DNA of 64,000 nt from Octopus vulgaris. Taxonomy: Eukaryota. Position 1 is the stretch's first letter. Each line of letters opens with the position of its first letter. The notes below the pieces were generated by a model, which was not told where the DNA came from, ran no database searches, and saw nothing but the letters and a program-made list of their open reading frames with translations. Positions 41,411 to 53,749 of the stretch are shown here, piece by piece. Position numbers and translations under genes: made by a program. The stretch lies in the NCBI GenBank assembly GCA_951406725.2, contig OX597836.1, positions 744,001-808,000 on the forward strand, given 5' to 3'.

Positions 41411-42148
41411 AAACTAGATATACAGACATATCTATATGTTTATATATCTATATACACACACACGCAGATATATATGTGTGTGTGTGTGCGTGTGTGTGTG
41501 TGCATGTATGTGTGTGTGTGTGTGCATAGTGCTTGGTGTTAAGAAGGGCATCCAGCTGTAAAAACATTGTTAAAAGAGATAGTGAAGCCTGGTGCAGTCT
41601 TCTGCCTAGCTACATCCTGTCAAGCTATCCAACCCATACCAACATGGAAAACAGACGTTAAATGATGATGATGATGATGATATATAATTTGTACATAATA
41701 TGTAATTATATATGTTTACTACTAATGTACACAGCATATTATAAAATATAACAGTCATGAGAAAACTAACAACAAACACTGCCAACTTTGTACAAATAAA
41801 TCCTACCACATTCTAACATTCATGGACCAAATTCTAAACAAAAACTCTGAACTAGTATCTTCATGCAAGTACAAAATCTTAAAAACATTAAAACATTTCA
41901 AACCAGTAACCTTCTCCAATAGTTAAACTTGTTGCTATCACACCAACTCCCCTCCATCCATCTACACCCATAAACCATCCCAATATGAAGTTAAACAAAC
42001 ACATTTATAGCTTTACACTTTACCACAAAAACAAGTACTCTGGAAATTATCTAAAAGTGTCCCTATTTCTGATTAAAATCCCCACAAAAGACTTTCTAAT
42101 ATGAGTACTCAAACCTACATATGCACACATTATATATATATATATACA

Positions 42149-42216
<68 letters not shown>

Positions 42217-43792
42217 TATACATATATATATATATATGCATGTGTCTTTTATTACAACTCAATATGCAAATCCTTTGAGTGACAAAAACAGAAAGATGCC
42301 TGTTATATATGCTTATGTCTTGGTGCATGTATGAGTGTTTGTGCCTGTGTGTTTGCATGAATGATTTCTTATGCCACTTGATTACCAGTTGTAAACAATG
42401 GAATTGCTAACAGTGTCATTTGCTTGCAGTTCATTATAAAAACATATCTGGTTTACTTGACATGCTTTGACATGTTGCACAATTTTTATAAACAAATACT
42501 TCATTTTGGTGCCATTTGTTTCCAATTATCTACCTCAGCATGTCCAAGTTGTTTGTCATTCAACAAACTAGATTATTATCTCACTTGGATACTAGTGGGA
42601 GTTGATGCCATCAAGGGGATCTGGCCATAGAAACTCTGCCCCTATCTGAACCATTGCAAGAATGGAAAAGTAGATGTTAAAATGATAATGATGATATCTC
42701 TCTCTCCCCCTCCCCTCTCCATCACACACACACAAATGTGCAAAAATATATGAAAGTATAATCCTTATCATCATCATTTAACACCCTGCTTCTATGCTGA
42801 ATGAGTTGAATTATTTAATCGGATCCAATGGGTCCACTGTTTACGTTTTGCTCTTGTGTCTGTTGTCACTTGATACCTGTGTTTCTTCTAATGCCAGCGA
42901 TTTTACAGAATGTACTGGGTACAATTTTTCATGGTACCAGTACTTGTGAGGCTGCCACATAGTTCACAAGTCTAAGACTTCTTAGACTGAGAGGAACCGA
43001 ATTAGAGAGAGAGAGATGGCTTTGTAGGTGATGAGAGGTTAAAGTATGAAAGAAAGGGCCAGAAGAGATAGAAGAAAACTTCCCTTTAAATTCCTAAAAT
43101 CTGATTTATGTCACAGCATGCTGTGGGTATTTGGAAATCTATTTTGGGTAAACTGTATTATCACTATGCAAGAGAGTAAGGCTACATAAACAACAGACAA
43201 ATAATAGGGAAAAAGAAATCAGGGAAACTGCATTAAATGAACAGAGAGCAGCAACATGTACTGGAATGGTACAGCTGAATTTGGAAATATTTCCATTTTA
43301 CAAATGCTCAGATTCAACTGCAGAACAACAATAGATAATGAAAGGAAGACAATTTATTTTGAAATGCATACCCCACTTGAATGGTTGACTAATAATTTCT
43401 ATAATTTATGACATAAGGATCATGAACATACAATAGATGTTTTAGACGCACATACACACACATACAAGTTTACATACTGGTTGGATATATATACACTATA
43501 TTGCTAACCTCTGTGTGTATCTTCGTATGTCTTATATAAACTAATTATCAGCATAACTATTTTCACAGATGTGCGTGTATGTGAGTGTGTGAGTGAGTTT
43601 GTTGTTGTGGGAATGCAACTCTTGAAGCGAGCTCCTCAAAACCAGATTCTGTTCTAAGGAGCTCGCTTTGAGAGTTGCATTCACTCGTGTTCAGTACAAT
43701 GTGTTTATTATGGTAGTTTTGACTTTAAGAGTCCCTCGTAGTGTGAGGCATTTATGTATAGTAATGCCCTTAATATAAATATATATATATAC

Positions 43793-43830
<38 letters not shown>

Positions 43831-44014
43831 ATGTATATACACATATATGATGGCTTCTCTCATCATGAATGTCAAATGAGGTTTTGGTAAAATAAAGTGG
43901 CAATCATGTTCTATGAGCACGAGAATGTCTCTTGGGGCCTGCGGGTGACTTGCAAACATTTTGGTAAATAGAACAAGTTGAGGACTCAGTTTGCTCAAGT
44001 GCATGTGGATCATT

Positions 44015-44053
<39 letters not shown>

Positions 44054-44057
<4 letters not shown>

Positions 44058-44285
44058 AGGGATGACCACTAAGTGGACATCCAATATGCTAGATGTAGAC
44101 CCCATGTAGTCTGATCATCTGGTATGTGGTGACTAATCTCTATATTTTGTATCTTTTCATTTGTCTTGCTTGCTTACGTTCTGGCATTTGCTGAATTTTC
44201 TTGAGAACAATCTTTTCTTAGTGGTCAGACCATATGGGGTCTACATCTAGCATATTGGATGTTCACTTAGTGGTCATCCCTCTTA
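44054..44285. mobile_element. Foldback element with ~65-bp inverted arms beside (TA)n
   Basis: taagagggatgaccactaagtggacatccaatatgctagatgtagacccc and its near-perfect reverse complement ending at 44285. Confidence 0.85.
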
Positions 44286-44401
44286 TATGTATGTCATATA
44301 ATTTTTCTGAATCTTCAGATTTTTTTCAATATGCTAGGCCATTGGTTTTAAATTGATACTAATCAAATAAATATTCAATTTTTCACCCTTATCATTTAGA
44401 T

Positions 44402-44406
44402 TTATA

Positions 44407-44438
<32 letters not shown>

Positions 44439-44633
44439 CATACATATATATACATATATATATACATATATATACATACATATACATACATATACATACA
44501 TACATATACATACATACATATACATACATATACATACATACATATACATACATACATATACATACATATATACATACATATATATATACACACATACATA
44601 TATACATACATATATATATACACACATACATAT

Positions 44634-44675
<42 letters not shown>

Positions 44676-44747
44676 GCATACATATATACATACATTTATA
44701 TATACATACATATATATATATATATACATACATACATATGTACATAC

Positions 44748-44778
<31 letters not shown>

Positions 44779-44782
44779 TATA
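44402..44782. repeat. (TAYA)n microsatellite
   Basis: Directly visible. Confidence 0.97.
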
Positions 44783-45192
44783 GTACAAATAATGAAGGGA
44801 GACAAAAGTTAGATTACCAAAATATATTTTTTGTGAAATCATTATATGCATCAAATCATGTGCTAAAGATATGCAGATATATAAACATACTTAAAATATA
44901 TTAAAATACATTAAAAATTTATATATATATATATATTATATATATATATAAATATGTTAATAATATAATAAGAATGTAAAAAAAATATAGTCCTACTTAA
45001 TTTTTTTAAATGATATTAAAATATATAGAATATTTAGCTATTGTGGAATCCGTTGCTACGGCCTTTATAAAGAGCTACATTTAGTACTCTGGCAGATGGT
45101 TTTTTCTTGTGCTATTTGCACTTAATGGTCTCCCTCTTCAATCAGTTGAACAAACTAAAAAAGTTCTACATAAATTGTATATATATACATAT

Positions 45193-45460
45193 AGGTGCAG
45201 GAGTGGTTGTGTGATTAGTAGCTTGCTTTCCAACCACATGGTTCCTAGTTGACTTCAAGTGTTTTCCATTACAGTCTTGGGCTGACCAAAGCCTTGTGAG
45301 TGTTGGTGTGTTTACGTACCCATAACTAAGCAGTTTGGCAAAAGAGACCAATAGAATAAGTACTAGGCTTACAAAGAATAAGTCCTGGGGTTGATTTGTT
45401 CAACTAAAGGCAGTACTCCAGCATGGCTGCAGTCAAATGATTGAAACAAATGAAAGAATA
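45193..45460 (+). mobile_element. CORE-type SINE with internal deletions
   Basis: Head gcttgctttccaaccacatgg; tail ccagcatggctgcagtcaaatgattgaaac. Confidence 0.8.
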
Positions 45461-45824
45461 TATGTCCCGTCCTGGGGTTCTTGTGTCGTCTCCTTGGTGT
45501 TTCACGTTCTTGTCCCAGTTTGTATTTATTTTTTACTGTTTACATATATAATGGCAGCTTCGTATCCACACCTCTGTCCTTATACATTAAGTATTTTCTT
45601 CTCTAACATTGATACGACTCTTGATCTGTCTCTTTCTCTCTCTCTCCTCCTCCTCCCTTATTCCCCTTCTTTCTTTCTTTCTCTCTTCATCCGTCCCCCA
45701 CCTCCTACGTTTCTCTACATCTCTTACCTCCACTCCCCTCGATCTGTCTCTTTCTTCTCCTCCCTTGTCCACCTTCTCTCTCTCCTCATCTGTCCTCTTT
45801 AAATTGTGGTCTATTCTAAATGTT

Positions 45825-46320
45825 GACTATTTCTGGTTTAGTTTTGGATTTAGAATTCTTGTGAAGTATTCCTCTTTTATGGTATGTCATCTTTTATTTT
45901 GTGAAAGCGGACTATTTTGAATTTTCCATTTGCACAAATGTCTAGATGTTTACAATATGAATGTTTCTAAGGGATGAATCTTTAATATTTATCCACATTT
46001 ATATGACACATTTAGTTTAGTCTCTGTTTCTCCAATGTAATTCTCATTGCATCATGGGCATGTGATGGAGTAGATGATTTTTTTTTACTGTGTAATTCAT
46101 GTTGGCATTCACTTTTAATTGTTCCTTGTTCAATTATCTTACGTGTCCCACAACAAGTTTTTCCATAGTTTGTTACTTGTATTATTTCTTTCTCCAATGT
46201 GAATCTTGCTTTAGTTAGAAGTCTTTTGAAATTTGGCAGTGGTCTTTGGCTGTTGATGATTTGTGATTCTTTAATTATTTGTTGGAGAAGTGATGAATGA
46301 TGTAGAATTGGAAGATATCA
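45825..46320 (-). mobile_element. Penelope-like element: GIY-YIG endonuclease relic
   Basis: Frameshifted SQRPLPNFKRLLTKARF...ANMNYT...IIYSITCP*CNENYIGET...KHLDICANG...EEYFTRILNPKLN. Confidence 0.85.
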
Positions 46321-46338
46321 TTTGACTGAATGTAGGAT

Positions 46339-46370
<32 letters not shown>

Positions 46371-46382
46371 TTGTATGTATGT

Positions 46383-46419
<37 letters not shown>

Positions 46420-46649
46420 CATACATACATACATACATACATACATACTTACATACATACGTACAGAAGATGAGAAGTTTAGGTCAAGGTAACCCAAACT
46501 AATATATATGGTATTCTGTAACTGTTCTTCAAGAAGCATGCATGGAGATAAATAAATGCACACACACACAAAAAAAAACCGATCAGATTGGATATGATGT
46601 GAGAAATCGTACAAAGATTATTTATCCCTTTTCTCAAACCTTTATTAAA

Positions 46650-47430
46650 GCACCATCATCACTACCAGCATGTACAGTAACTGAATTGCCCAACCACCCA
46701 TGTTTATCATTTTCAAAAAGAACACCATTGCTGCATTCACCATTACCATTGTTACAACCACACTGAAATAGTCATCCCCTCTTGTCCTGTCATCAGAAAA
46801 CTTATCCATAATCACCTTCTGAACATCACCATTACCACCATCAATTATTCTCACACATTATCTGTGAACAATAAGAAAAAGATCATCATCATCATCGTCA
46901 TCATCACAGCCATCTTCAAAATTTTCGTCCCGAGACACTACCAAAACTATCACCATGAGGATTACCCCTTCATCCCCTGTAGGAAACATTATTATTAACA
47001 ATGTTATCACCACTATCACACCAATTACAATCTCCACTTCACATTCTGTGGCACTGCTATTAACAATATTATCACTACTATCACCACCATAGCAACACTG
47101 CTATTAACATTATGAAAACTACCACAGTTCTAAAAAATCACCACCACTAATACACAAATAGAAGTATTAACATTATCACCACTACTACATCACTAACAAC
47201 ATCTACCACATAGTATTAGCTCCTTTAACAACATTATCACTCCTACACATCATCGACAATACCTGCTACCCACTTTAACAACACTGCCACTCACAACATT
47301 TTCACCACTACCACATCAACAATCACTGCCATAGAAACACTAAGCAATACTACTATTAACACTATTACAACTACCATAACAACATCACCCCTACCCTCAA
47401 CTTCAACAACACACAGCCACACCTTGGCAA
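46650..47430. repeat. Degenerate CAY/AAC low-complexity minisatellite
   Basis: Recurrent ttaaca..ttatcacyacta unit between about 46990 and 47250. Confidence 0.7.
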
Positions 47431-48337
47431 ACCATTCACTTTCAGTTTGAGGTTTCCATGACAGGCTATTATCCTTGCAAAACTGATTCTTTATAGAAAA
47501 GAGATCACACACACACACACACACACTAACACATACAAATCGTCCCCATAAACAAACACATCAAAAACATCGGCATGCATACTGAATATGCATTCATAAC
47601 ACACATTATAAAAAAGAACTTGCCACACACTTACAGGCATATACACACACATATATATACATAAATGTACAAATACACTTGTACATACCAAATAATATTC
47701 AAGTACAAACAGCCTCCAGACACACACACACACATGCACGTACGCAACCATACTGCAAAACACACCCACATGACCACCGCTATCTCATTCTGTCTCTTTG
47801 CTGTGGTAGATAGCCGTGTCATGTTTGCACAGCTCAGTGGAGTGCATCCAATATCAAATCAATAATGGACACTGCCTCTGGTGGTGGTGGTGGTGGTGGA
47901 GTTAGGAATGTCATATTTCTGCAATGAGTAAGTGTGAATTGGTGCTGCACTGAAACAACAACTACAGCAGCAGCAGCAGATAATACGACAGCAACAACTA
48001 CACCATCAACTAATAAAAAAGTAACTGCAGCACTAACTACAATCACAATGGCTACAATAATCATAACACCAACAATATGCTTGCACAAACAAAATATAGT
48101 GATATATATGTGTTTTCTAAAATATATGCACCTTGGCACACCTAAATACATGCAAATGCACACAGATATGCACTCACACATATGCACCATACACATGCAC
48201 ACACGCACACACAAATACATATGTACATATAGATTTGAGTATGAGGAAAAAATTACACACAGTGACAGGAATACTTGGATGTACAAACACAGCCAGATTG
48301 GTGTGCCAAATGAACACACAAACATACAAAAAGTTGA

Positions 48338-48478
48338 ACCCTTTAACATTTAGACTTGACTATATCCAATGCAGATATTCTACCTGTTTTATGTTCAGAC
48401 TAGCCGTATCTGACTTCTCACACCTATTTTACAATGTCATTCTGAAAATAAACAATCACAACATCGAAATCTTGAACA
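48338..48478 (+). mobile_element. piggyBac-like non-autonomous element end
   Basis: tgaa-CCCTTT start then tattctacctgttttatgttc; family recognised from memory only. Confidence 0.4.
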
Positions 48479-48842
48479 ACAGGAGAATCTCCAATCTATC
48501 AGTGGAGAGAGAAATCTTTAACAAGGTCCTAGCAAAGAGAAGCTTTAATGTTATGTTGGTGTGTGTGGAGGATTACGTTGACCCATCTCCAAACCTGAAA
48601 AGAGTTAGAAAAAGCTGTTTCCTCGTGCACACTCACGCATTTACATATATATCTGCATATACATATCTACACATATATAAGTACATATCTATATCTACAT
48701 ATATATACATATGCATTTGTATGTGTGTGTGTGTCTATACATATATAAATACACACACATATATATATGTAAAAATATAATTTAGATTCAAGTGAATTAG
48801 GTACCTAAATTGAGGCACTTTGTTAGAACCAACTTATTTGCA

Positions 48843-50040
48843 CATCATCATCATCGTTTAACGTCCGCTTTCCATGCTTGCATGGGTTGGACGATTTTGA
48901 CTGAGGGCTGGCGAACCAGATGGCTGCACCAGGCTCCAATCTTGATTTGGCAGAGTTTCTACAGCTGGATGCCCTTCCTAACGCCAACCACTCTGAGAGT
49001 GTAGTGGGTGCTTTTTACATGCCACCGGCATGGGGGCCAGTCAGGTGGTACTGGCAATGATCTCACTCGAATCCTTTTACACATGCCACCAGCACAGGTG
49101 CCAGTAAGGCGACGTTGGTAACGATCACGCTCAAATGGTGCCCTTTTACATGCCACTGGCACAGAAGCCAGTTGGCTGCTCTGGCAACGATCACGCTCAG
49201 ATGGTGCTCTTGGCACCCTACTAGCACGGACACAAGTGCCAGTAAGGTGACGCTGGTAATGATCACGCTCAAATGGTGCCCTTTAAGTGCCACTGGCACG
49301 GGAGCCGGTTAGCCACTCTGTCAATGATCACACTCGTATGGTGCTCTTTGCCCCATGCTAGCACGGATGCCAATCATCGAATTTGATTTTCATTTCGATT
49401 TTGCTTTTGATTGATTTCACTTGCCTCAACAGGTCTTCGCAAGCAGAGTTTTAGTGTCCAAAGAAGGAAAAGGTACGCATAAGTGGGCTCGTTACACCCC
49501 TGGTATAGGCCACAGGTTATAGTCTCACTTGGCTTGCCGGGTCTTCTCAAGCACAGCATATTTCCAAAGGTCTCAGTCATTAGTCATTGCCTCAGTGAGG
49601 CCTAATGTTCGAATGTCTTGCTTCACCACTTCATCCAAGGTCTTCCTGGGTCTACCTCTTCCACAGGTTCCCTCAACCGCTTGGGTGTGGCACTTTTTCA
49701 CACAGCTGTCCTCATCCATTCTTGCTACATGACCATACCAGCACAGTCGTCTCTCTTGCACACCACATCTGATGTTTCTTCGGTCCAACATTTCTCTCAA
49801 GGTACCTACACTCTGTTGAGTATGCACACTGACATTACACTTCCATCGGATCATACTGGCTTTATTCCTTGTGAACTTACACATGTCCTCAGCAGTGACA
49901 GCCCATGTTTCACTGCCATGTAGCATGGCTGTTCGTACACAAGTGTCATACAGTCTAACTTTTACTCTGAGCAAGAGGCCCTTTGTCGCCAGCAGAGGTA
50001 AGAGCTCTCTGAACTTTGCCCAAGCTATTCTTATTCTACA
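48843..50040 (-). mobile_element. Young RTE LINE, 5'-truncated
   Basis: Open frame RIRIAWAKFRELLPLL...RLCWYGHVARM...GRGRPRKT; 3' UTR tandem units; (GAT)n tail. Confidence 0.92.
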
Positions 50041-50327
50041 GACAATATTTTTTCCCCTGATGTTCATGTAGTGTATGCAGATGACATGAACTAACTTAGT
50101 AAATAAATCCACTCTTGTTTGTTCAGACATGTACTTTATATAAAGATACTTTCCAAATACTTTCAAAGTACAGATTCCAAGGTAAGTGAGTAAAATATAA
50201 ATGAGTAACAAAGATGTATAAGTGTCAATTCATTACGGCCATTTCAAACAACTCCTGATTAATTGATTAATTGCTTGAAGAAATTTTACACACACACACA
50301 CACACACACGCGCAATTAAAGAGTGCA

Positions 50328-51316
50328 GCAGTGTCACTGGAAGATTGACAGAGGAACTAATCTTTGTATATGTCAGATGTGCAGATGTACATGAAACACT
50401 AGGAATGTACAGAAAATAGGCTCCTTCAAATGTCTGGTGGGGTTCCTTAGAAGTAGCATACAGTTTCTGTTCCTTAATGAGCAAGTTAGCAGTGGTGGAG
50501 GTTGTTCTGAAAGCATAGCTTTTACAAAAAGAATAGGCTGTGCAAAATTCAGAGACTGCTACCTTTGTTGGTAACAAAGGGCATCTCCCTTAGAGTGAAA
50601 GGCAGATTGTATGATGCCTGTGTACAAACAGCTATGCTACATGGCAGTGAGACTTGGTCTGTGACTATTGAGAACATGTGAAGGCTTCAAAGAAATTAAA
50701 CCAGCATGTTCCACTGAATGGCTAATGTCAGTGTGTATATATGACAGAGCGTAAGTGATTTGAGAGAAAAAATGGGTATATAAGGCATCAAATGTATCGT
50801 GCAAGAGAGAACACTGTACTGGCATGGTTATGTAATGCATATGGACGAGGACAGTTGCATCAAGAGGTGCTGAACTCCACTTGTACTGGGAACATGTGAA
50901 AAGGGTAGACCCCAGGAAGACAGGATGAAGTCAAGAGAAAGGATCTTCAAACATTGGGCCTCACAAAGGGGATGACAAAGGACTGAAACCTCTAGCAGTT
51001 TGCTGTGCTTGAGAAAACACATGAGGCTAAGTAAAATCGTGATTATCCTAGCATACATACCTCTTCAGGTGAGTGATCCTGGGTGTTGGTTCCATGTAAA
51101 GAGCACCTGTGATGGTGCCATGTAGAAGCGCCCATGCTGGTGCTGCATAAAAGCACCTAGTGCACTCTGTAAAGTGGCTGGCATTAGGAAGGAGATCCAG
51201 CCATAGAAACCATGTGAACAGAGACATGGAGTCCAGGCAGCTCTTCGCTAACCAACTCCTTTCAAACCATCCAACTTTATGCCAGCATGGAAAACAGACA
51301 TTAAATGATGATGATG

Positions 51317-51318
<2 letters not shown>
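50328..51318 (+). mobile_element. RTE LINE relic
   Basis: GRLYDACVQTAMLHGSETWS; 3' tail. Confidence 0.85.
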
Positions 51319-51361
<43 letters not shown>

Positions 51362-52351
51362 CTTATGTGTCTGCACATAGTCATATACATACATATTCCT
51401 ATAAATATATGTACACACAGGGACACACACATATACATATAAATCTAAAGCACAGATAAAGCGAAATACTTGATATGGTGTGAGTAGTGCTTTGTAAGAT
51501 CACTTTGGGTGAAAAGAATGCCAAAAACCTCAATCACGGCAGTTAGTCTGAAGTAACATGTATAATGCTACCTTTATACTACATGTTATTTTATATATTC
51601 TGGTTTGTAACTGTGATTCAGTTAGTCATATATTTGATTTTATAAGACAAGCTTCAACAAGAGGAAATTTCGATATGATGTGGACTCTGACAGAAAGAGA
51701 AATCAGCATCAATCTGTTCAGCTTCTGCAGCTGTGCCATCCTTTAATATGTATTCTTTTGTGGCAAGCATGTCGTTCAGCTGTGGCCCAATTAATGTTAT
51801 GCAATTAGGAAGTGAAAATGTAGTTGGCTCTGCACAGACTTTCTCCATTTTAAACAAATTGTTGGTAACAAAGATTTTTTTGTTTCTTTTTTGTTTCTGA
51901 GCACTTGTGATAGGTCATTATCAATGGGATAGGTCATTGTCATCAAGTCTGTATTTATTGTGAAAGAATATTAGTGTTAAATTAACTTTGTCTACTTTGA
52001 ATTGAGTGACAAATTTTAAAATAAATTTTTATTAAATATAATGAAACAAACACCTCATAAATTATATAAGAGATTGATCTCTGAATGCTATTGACTTTTT
52101 CCAGTCCCACATTGTTTTCTTTTTTTTCTCCTTGTTTCATTACTGGAAATATTTATACCAATTTTATTGACCCTTGTTTCATTATTCAAACCACATTTTT
52201 AAGTATTATTTATTAGTAGTATTGTTGCTGAATTGTGAGTCATCATTTGACATCTTGAGATTAAAAAGAATTCATAAAAGTGCAATTCATTCTTGCAACT
52301 TACATACCCCCATCAAATAACATTGGTAAAGAAATATTTATCCATGTAATA

Positions 52352-52560
52352 TACTGTATACACTCAAGTAATAGACAATCTCATGTAAAAGTTGAACCCC
52401 CAATTTTTGGGCAAAAAATTGGAAATTTTCCAAAGACCCATATATAAGTCAACCCTAGTGTTTCATGAACAACAGGACAACATTTGTGGGTCAAAGTACC
52501 ATTTTATTCTGTGTGTAGAAATAACACTGTTACAAAATTGTGTGGCTACCTTACAACCAT
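52352..52560 (+). mobile_element. pogo/Tc2-like DNA transposon end
   Basis: TA-CTGTATACACTCAAGTA start with repeated aagtygacc-like subterminal motifs. Confidence 0.4.
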
Positions 52561-52626
52561 GAAGAAGAAAACTTTTTTGGTGGAGACTGCTTGTGGTGTT
52601 GTGCTTCTACTTCTTTTATCATTTTT

Positions 52627-52706
52627 GGCTCGAAATGTAAAAGACTTTCTCACTTCCTAAGCATTAAACTAATACACCTGTCTTCATATTTTGTTTTTCT
52701 GTAAAT

Positions 52707-52778
<72 letters not shown>

Positions 52779-52843
52779 TCCCAAGCATCAAACCAATACA
52801 CCTGCTTGTTGTTCTCTGTCTTTGTCTTTTGTAAATTTGAACT
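52627..52843 (+). mobile_element. Two partial tandem Penelope-like terminal repeats separated by (TA)n
   Basis: aagcattaaactaatacacctg...tgtaaatt twice; first copy starts with hammerhead 3' half gctc-gaaa-tgta-aaaga. Confidence 0.55.
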
Positions 52844-53749
52844 ATATATATATATATATATACACATACACACATAAACAAGCATACATATGCACATATA
52901 TACATACATAATTATATATATATATATACACGCACAGACACATGCATACATACGCTTTTATATATACATGTGTGTGTGTACAATTATATATGCATATATT
53001 TATGTCTATATATATATTCCTGTATAAATGTATTTATATATATTCATTCTTTTGTTCATTCACCTGACAATCTGACAAAAGTTTTATTATTAGTCATATT
53101 GTTTCAAACTCTCCATAGGCAATCTTTCTTATTCCTCACTTTCTTTTTCCTAGCAACATTTAGCTTTTATCACCTCCCACCCCCTCACAATTAGTTTTTG
53201 TAAAGATGAAAACTCCTCCTTCCACTTTAATGAAATGATTAGTTTTTCTCTTTCTTTCCTTCATGATTTGTTTGCTTGTTTAATTTTCTCCCTTAAGACT
53301 GTATTCTGTTCATCCTCATGAGATACATAGCCTGTTTCGTTGTGATGTACCCACCCTTAATCACCCCTGCCCCACCAGCTATACCGGAAGTCTCTCTCCT
53401 TCATTTCTTGTCCTCAGTTAGTAGTGAGCTTACCTCCATTCCCTATGGTGCTATTCAGATTTTCGCCCCTTATATGGGTACAGCTACCCCGACACTATGT
53501 CCCTGTCAGTGACAGTTACAGCAAAGCATTAAGGTGTTTGAGAACCTATTCTATCGACTTATTTTACTTCACTTCTCTTTTCTGATTTATTTGTTGACGA
53601 CCAGGATTAATTTGAACGGCACCTGATATAGCATGTACAACAAATGTCAGGTTAAATAAATGAATGAATGATAGCAATTCTAATGAAATGGAAAATTAAT
53701 CATGCTTGTTAGTTGACCATTTACAAGTCAAGTGTGGCATAACTTCTCT

